DNA from: Halalkalibacterium halodurans
Lineage (GTDB): Bacteria; Bacillota; Bacilli; Bacillales; Bacillaceae_D
Assembly (NCBI RefSeq): GCF_004376175.1
Contig: NZ_SNUY01000073.1
Span: 1-18,650 of the forward strand
Direction of reading: 5' to 3'
DNA: 18,650 bases
Positions within the stretch are counted from its first letter, which is position 1. Each line of letters starts with the position of its first letter. Positions 16,184 through 18,650 of the stretch are shown one piece after another. The notes beneath the pieces are model-generated. The model was not told the origin of the DNA. It ran no database searches and saw nothing but the letters and a program-made list of their open reading frames with translations. Made by a program: the position numbers and the translations under genes.

Positions 16184-17027
16184 AATCACTCACCTTCTTT
16201 TTTTCGTCAAGCCAACCGCTTAATTCTCGCACTAGCTTACGTGCTTTCTCCCATTCCTTTCGCACATCTTTACCTTCCCGTACACCTTGAAGTTCATACG
16301 GCTTCAAACATTCAGCTAATAGTAGATACCCTTGTCCGTCTGTTAAAGGGTGAAAATCATCCATTTCATCAAGAAGACGTTTTAATGAGTCCGTGCCATA
16401 CTCCTCCATCCACAATAGAAGAAAGGTTCGTAACGGAGCATAGCTCTTCTGAGGTTCCTCTTTTCTTGGACAGAAGAAAAATAACCCGTTCCAAGAGTAT
16501 CCACGATCGATGGACAGTGACGCTGGTAATGTTGGAGGCTCAAGCTTGGAAAACCATGCCGTTAATTGCTCAGATTGCTGAATTCGTTTTTTACCCTCTC
16601 GTACAAGTGCTGCCCATTGCCCCCCTGTTCCAACAGAAGAGGGAGCGATTAAACGTTCCTGAGTTGAAGCGCTATACGGGGTTTGTTCACCAAATGCCAG
16701 CATGTTCCCGATGAACGCTCCCCATATCGCCTCCCGATTTTCTTCTAATTGAAGCGGAACCGCTCCTTCCATATGATCATGTACGGTAATCCATTGATGT
16801 TCATACGGAATGGCGGTTCGCCCATCTTTCGTTCGTATCATTCGATCAACAAACACATGCGGGGGCTGCTGGCATGTATCTCGCCAAGCAACATGCCATT
16901 CAAGTAAATCAAATTCGTCCCAATATTCAATCCTCTTATGGCCATACTCTGTTTGAATGAGATGGTCGGAAAGCTGGACCACTTCCTGATATGAGTAATT
17001 TTCCTTCAAGTGGTTGACAAGAGCCAT
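16158..17027 (-). CDS. Uncharacterised 289-aa protein, apparently a degenerate CotS/YsxE-like paralog, between spoVID and ysxE
   Basis: ATG at 17027 with a strong AAGGAGGAG RBS overlapping the spoVID stop. Its 3' end overlaps the ysxE start by 26 nt. Motif-level resemblance to YsxE/CotS: IRTKDGRTAIPYEHQWITVHDHMEG versus LPTKFGEYTLTDRDTSFYVMPWIES, and YAPLRTFLLLW versus TPARDLASFFR. The C-terminal FHPLTDGQGYLLLAECLKPYE resembles the CotS-family tail. Confidence 0.75.
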   Translation of the reverse strand: MALVNHLKENYSYQEVVQLSDHLIQTEYGHKRIEYWDEFDLLEWHVAWRDTCQQPPHVFVDRMIRTKDGRTAIPYEHQWITVHDHMEGAVPLQLEENREAIWGAFIGNMLAFGEQTPYSASTQERLIAPSSVGTGGQWAALVREGKKRIQQSEQLTAWFSKLEPPTLPASLSIDRGYSWNGLFFFCPRKEEPQKSYAPLRTFLLLWMEEYGTDSLKRLLDEMDDFHPLTDGQGYLLLAECLKPYELQGVREGKDVRKEWEKARKLVRELSGWLDEKKKVSDYATSSTTS

Positions 17028-17039
17028 AACTGCTCCTCC

Positions 17040-18290
17040 TTACCCCTCTTTCGACTGATGTGATGGGACAGGAATGTAAAGAATTTGCCCTTCTTCCACC
17101 CGTTCCTCTGTTAAACGATTGAAACGTATTAAGTGACTTGTCGAAATATCATATCGCTCGGCGATCATATCAAGAGATTCATTTTCTTGAATGATGCACA
17201 TCTTTAACTTCGAAAATTCCTCTTCACCGTTCGTCATCATTTTTGTTAAATAAAGGGCATTCTCTTCTCGATGTCCTTTTGGTTCGTCTGTATCTTCCCC
17301 TAGATCTTCTTGTGATTCCTCGTCTATTGCTACTTCCTCTCGCTGAACGCCAAGTTGAATTTTCGTAGGATTCTCTTCTTCTTCCACACTTTCGGAATCA
17401 TCGTGTTCTACGTCTACTTCTCCACGCATCAGCGCTGGTTCAATAGCATTTTCTTCGTTGACTTGCCCGTCTGCTGTCTCATCCTGATTAGCAACTGATG
17501 TAACTTCTTGATGATGATTTTCCTCTTGCTGCTTTTGAACGGAGGCTGTAGACTCCTCCACTTTTGCCTGATCCGCTTTTGATTCCTCTATTGGCTCCCC
17601 TTCGTGTGCCTGCTCTTCGTTCGATACAACCACATCTTCCTCTAGTTTATTTTCATTATCTGCTGGTTGAAATTTAAATGTTTGTCGAGACTGCACTCCC
17701 TCATTCCATGCACCAGCCTCCTCATTCACAAACGGTTTCTTCGCTTCAAACGAAAAAGTAGATGGGATAGGCTCTAACTGTGGTGGCTTCGGGAGTGGGT
17801 CGATGGCTGCTGGACGCTCCGATTGTGCTTTTTGCTTTGACACAGGAGGCTCACTTGTCATACCGCTAATCGACACATCTGCCGTTAATTGAATGCAGCT
17901 TCGTTCTGGCAAGTCATAATCAAATGAATCAACTTGAACGTAAATATCGTCTAGTTTTTGAATTCGATTTAAAGGAATCGTCACATCAATCGGGAAAAAA
18001 TGTTGAATGCTCCCCTTTCCCTCGTCATCAATGGTCACTTCTTCGACTGAACGAAACGACACCTGTTCTTGAATGGCCGAAGTTGGATCAAGGGTCGCTT
18101 CCTCTTCCGTCGGTACATATTCTCCAAGAAGTCTTAAGCCGCCTTTAATATAGACATGATCCTGCTTTTCTTCGATCCGAATATCAGGCTCAAGGGACAT
18201 TGCCAATATTTCTTTTACTTCTTGCCCTTTATTAAGCCAAACGGTTTCTTCAATGGAAAACGACAACTTTGAAGGTCGTTCTTGCGTCAT
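17040..18290 (-). CDS. spoVID: Stage VI sporulation protein D (spore coat morphogenetic protein, C-terminal LysM)
   Basis: The N-terminus MTQERPSKLSFSIEETVWLNKGQEVKEILAMSLEPDIRI resembles B. subtilis SpoVID (LQFSVEESICFQKGQEV...). Long acidic low-complexity middle region. C-terminal LysM (CIIQENESLDMIAERYDISTSHLIRFNRLTEERVEEGQILYIP). The ATG at 18290 lies 7 nt after GAGGAGGA. The ATG at 18296 is too close to the RBS. Confidence 0.9.
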   Translation of the reverse strand: MTQERPSKLSFSIEETVWLNKGQEVKEILAMSLEPDIRIEEKQDHVYIKGGLRLLGEYVPTEEEATLDPTSAIQEQVSFRSVEEVTIDDEGKGSIQHFFPIDVTIPLNRIQKLDDIYVQVDSFDYDLPERSCIQLTADVSISGMTSEPPVSKQKAQSERPAAIDPLPKPPQLEPIPSTFSFEAKKPFVNEEAGAWNEGVQSRQTFKFQPADNENKLEEDVVVSNEEQAHEGEPIEESKADQAKVEESTASVQKQQEENHHQEVTSVANQDETADGQVNEENAIEPALMRGEVDVEHDDSESVEEEENPTKIQLGVQREEVAIDEESQEDLGEDTDEPKGHREENALYLTKMMTNGEEEFSKLKMCIIQENESLDMIAERYDISTSHLIRFNRLTEERVEEGQILYIPVPSHQSKEG

Positions 18291-18350
18291 TTTCATTCCT
18301 CCTCATCTGGAATTCAGTTCACCTGTGCTCGTTCACGATCAGTACGATAC

Positions 18351-18379
18351 ACTCTATGACACAACCGCATCGTTTATGA
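18351..18379 (-). promoter_or_regulatory. Candidate sigma-E-type promoter of the spoVID operon
   Basis: Minus strand: TCATAAA (18379-18373), 14 nt, CATAGAGT (18358-18351). The remembered sigma-E consensus is kmATAtt, 13-14 nt, CATAcAnT. It sits about 60 nt upstream of the spoVID ATG. B. subtilis spoVID is known to be sigma-E dependent. Confidence 0.5.
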
Positions 18380-18650
18380 TTGAACACAGCTTGTCTTTCT
18401 CTCCTTGCTTCGCTTCCATCCTATGCGGTTCCCCTAGCAACATATGCCTATGGATTTGTGCTTTTTAGATTAAAGGGGCAGATTGTCACTTGCGAAAAAC
18501 GTTCACAAGAGAATAAAAAAACCGGTTCTTAGTCAAATGTTGGGGTGGCATAGGAGGGCGAGCCCCTCTTATCCTACCCCGAATGTCTGATGTTTGAATT
18601 GATGATGCAAGAGAATACGGCTTCGCAAGCGATCATAACGCCGAAAACCA

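Noticed and set aside
15613-18468. Plus-strand ORFs 15613..15837, 15868..16086, 16169..16714, 17924..18148 and 18253..18468
   Set aside because: They are antisense to ysxE, the CotS-like gene and spoVID, or they lie over the spoVID RBS and promoter. None has an SD, and their compositions are implausible for proteins.
18542-18650. Imperfect GC-rich hairpin (ggggtggcataggaggg / cccctcttatcctacccc, 18542-18580) and an open minus-strand frame at the window edge, possibly the 3' end and terminator of the upstream gene (hemL in B. subtilis synteny)
   Set aside because: Only about 25 codons are visible, two minus frames are open, and neither matches a C-terminus I recognise. On the minus strand the hairpin has three mismatches (they are G-U pairs only on the + strand). 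The T-run is about 24 nt away, so it is not a canonical terminator. There is too little sequence to call.
1-18650. CRISPR arrays, tRNA/rRNA genes, toxin-antitoxin pairs and defence-system gene clusters
   Set aside because: I found no spaced direct repeats and no cloverleaf-like or rRNA-like segments. No adjacent small-gene pairs or nuclease, helicase or methylase-type domains appear in any translated ORF. Apart from the items listed under findings, the window is conserved housekeeping and sporulation DNA.

Overview
All large genes lie on the minus strand. Their order matches the Bacillus subtilis spoVID-ysxE-valS-folC-comC-spoIIB-maf-radC-mreBCD-minCD chromosomal segment, so this is core cell-shape, division and sporulation DNA from an endospore-forming Bacillaceae (roughly mid-40s % GC by eye). 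valS has a complete T-box leader with promoter, Val specifier, T-box motif and terminator. spoVID has a good sigma-E-type promoter match. I see no rRNA, tRNA or CRISPR array, and no obvious defence or novel multi-gene system. Four things depart from the B. subtilis layout as I remember it. (1) The 3' end of an IS (transposase C-terminus) sits about 40 nt from the minD stop, where spoIVFA would be expected. (2) A polytopic-membrane GAF-like/GGDEF diguanylate cyclase gene lies between folC and comC. (3) The valS-folC spacer is about 620 bp. It contains a very AT-rich ORF-free stretch and a roughly 220-260 nt GC-rich segment with no stop trinucleotide on the + strand. (4) An extra, degenerate CotS/YsxE-like gene lies between spoVID and ysxE. 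The most unusual signal is the GC-rich element in (3), which is probably a repeat or structured RNA and not a gene. All calls come from reading the translations and sequence by eye; no database search was possible.
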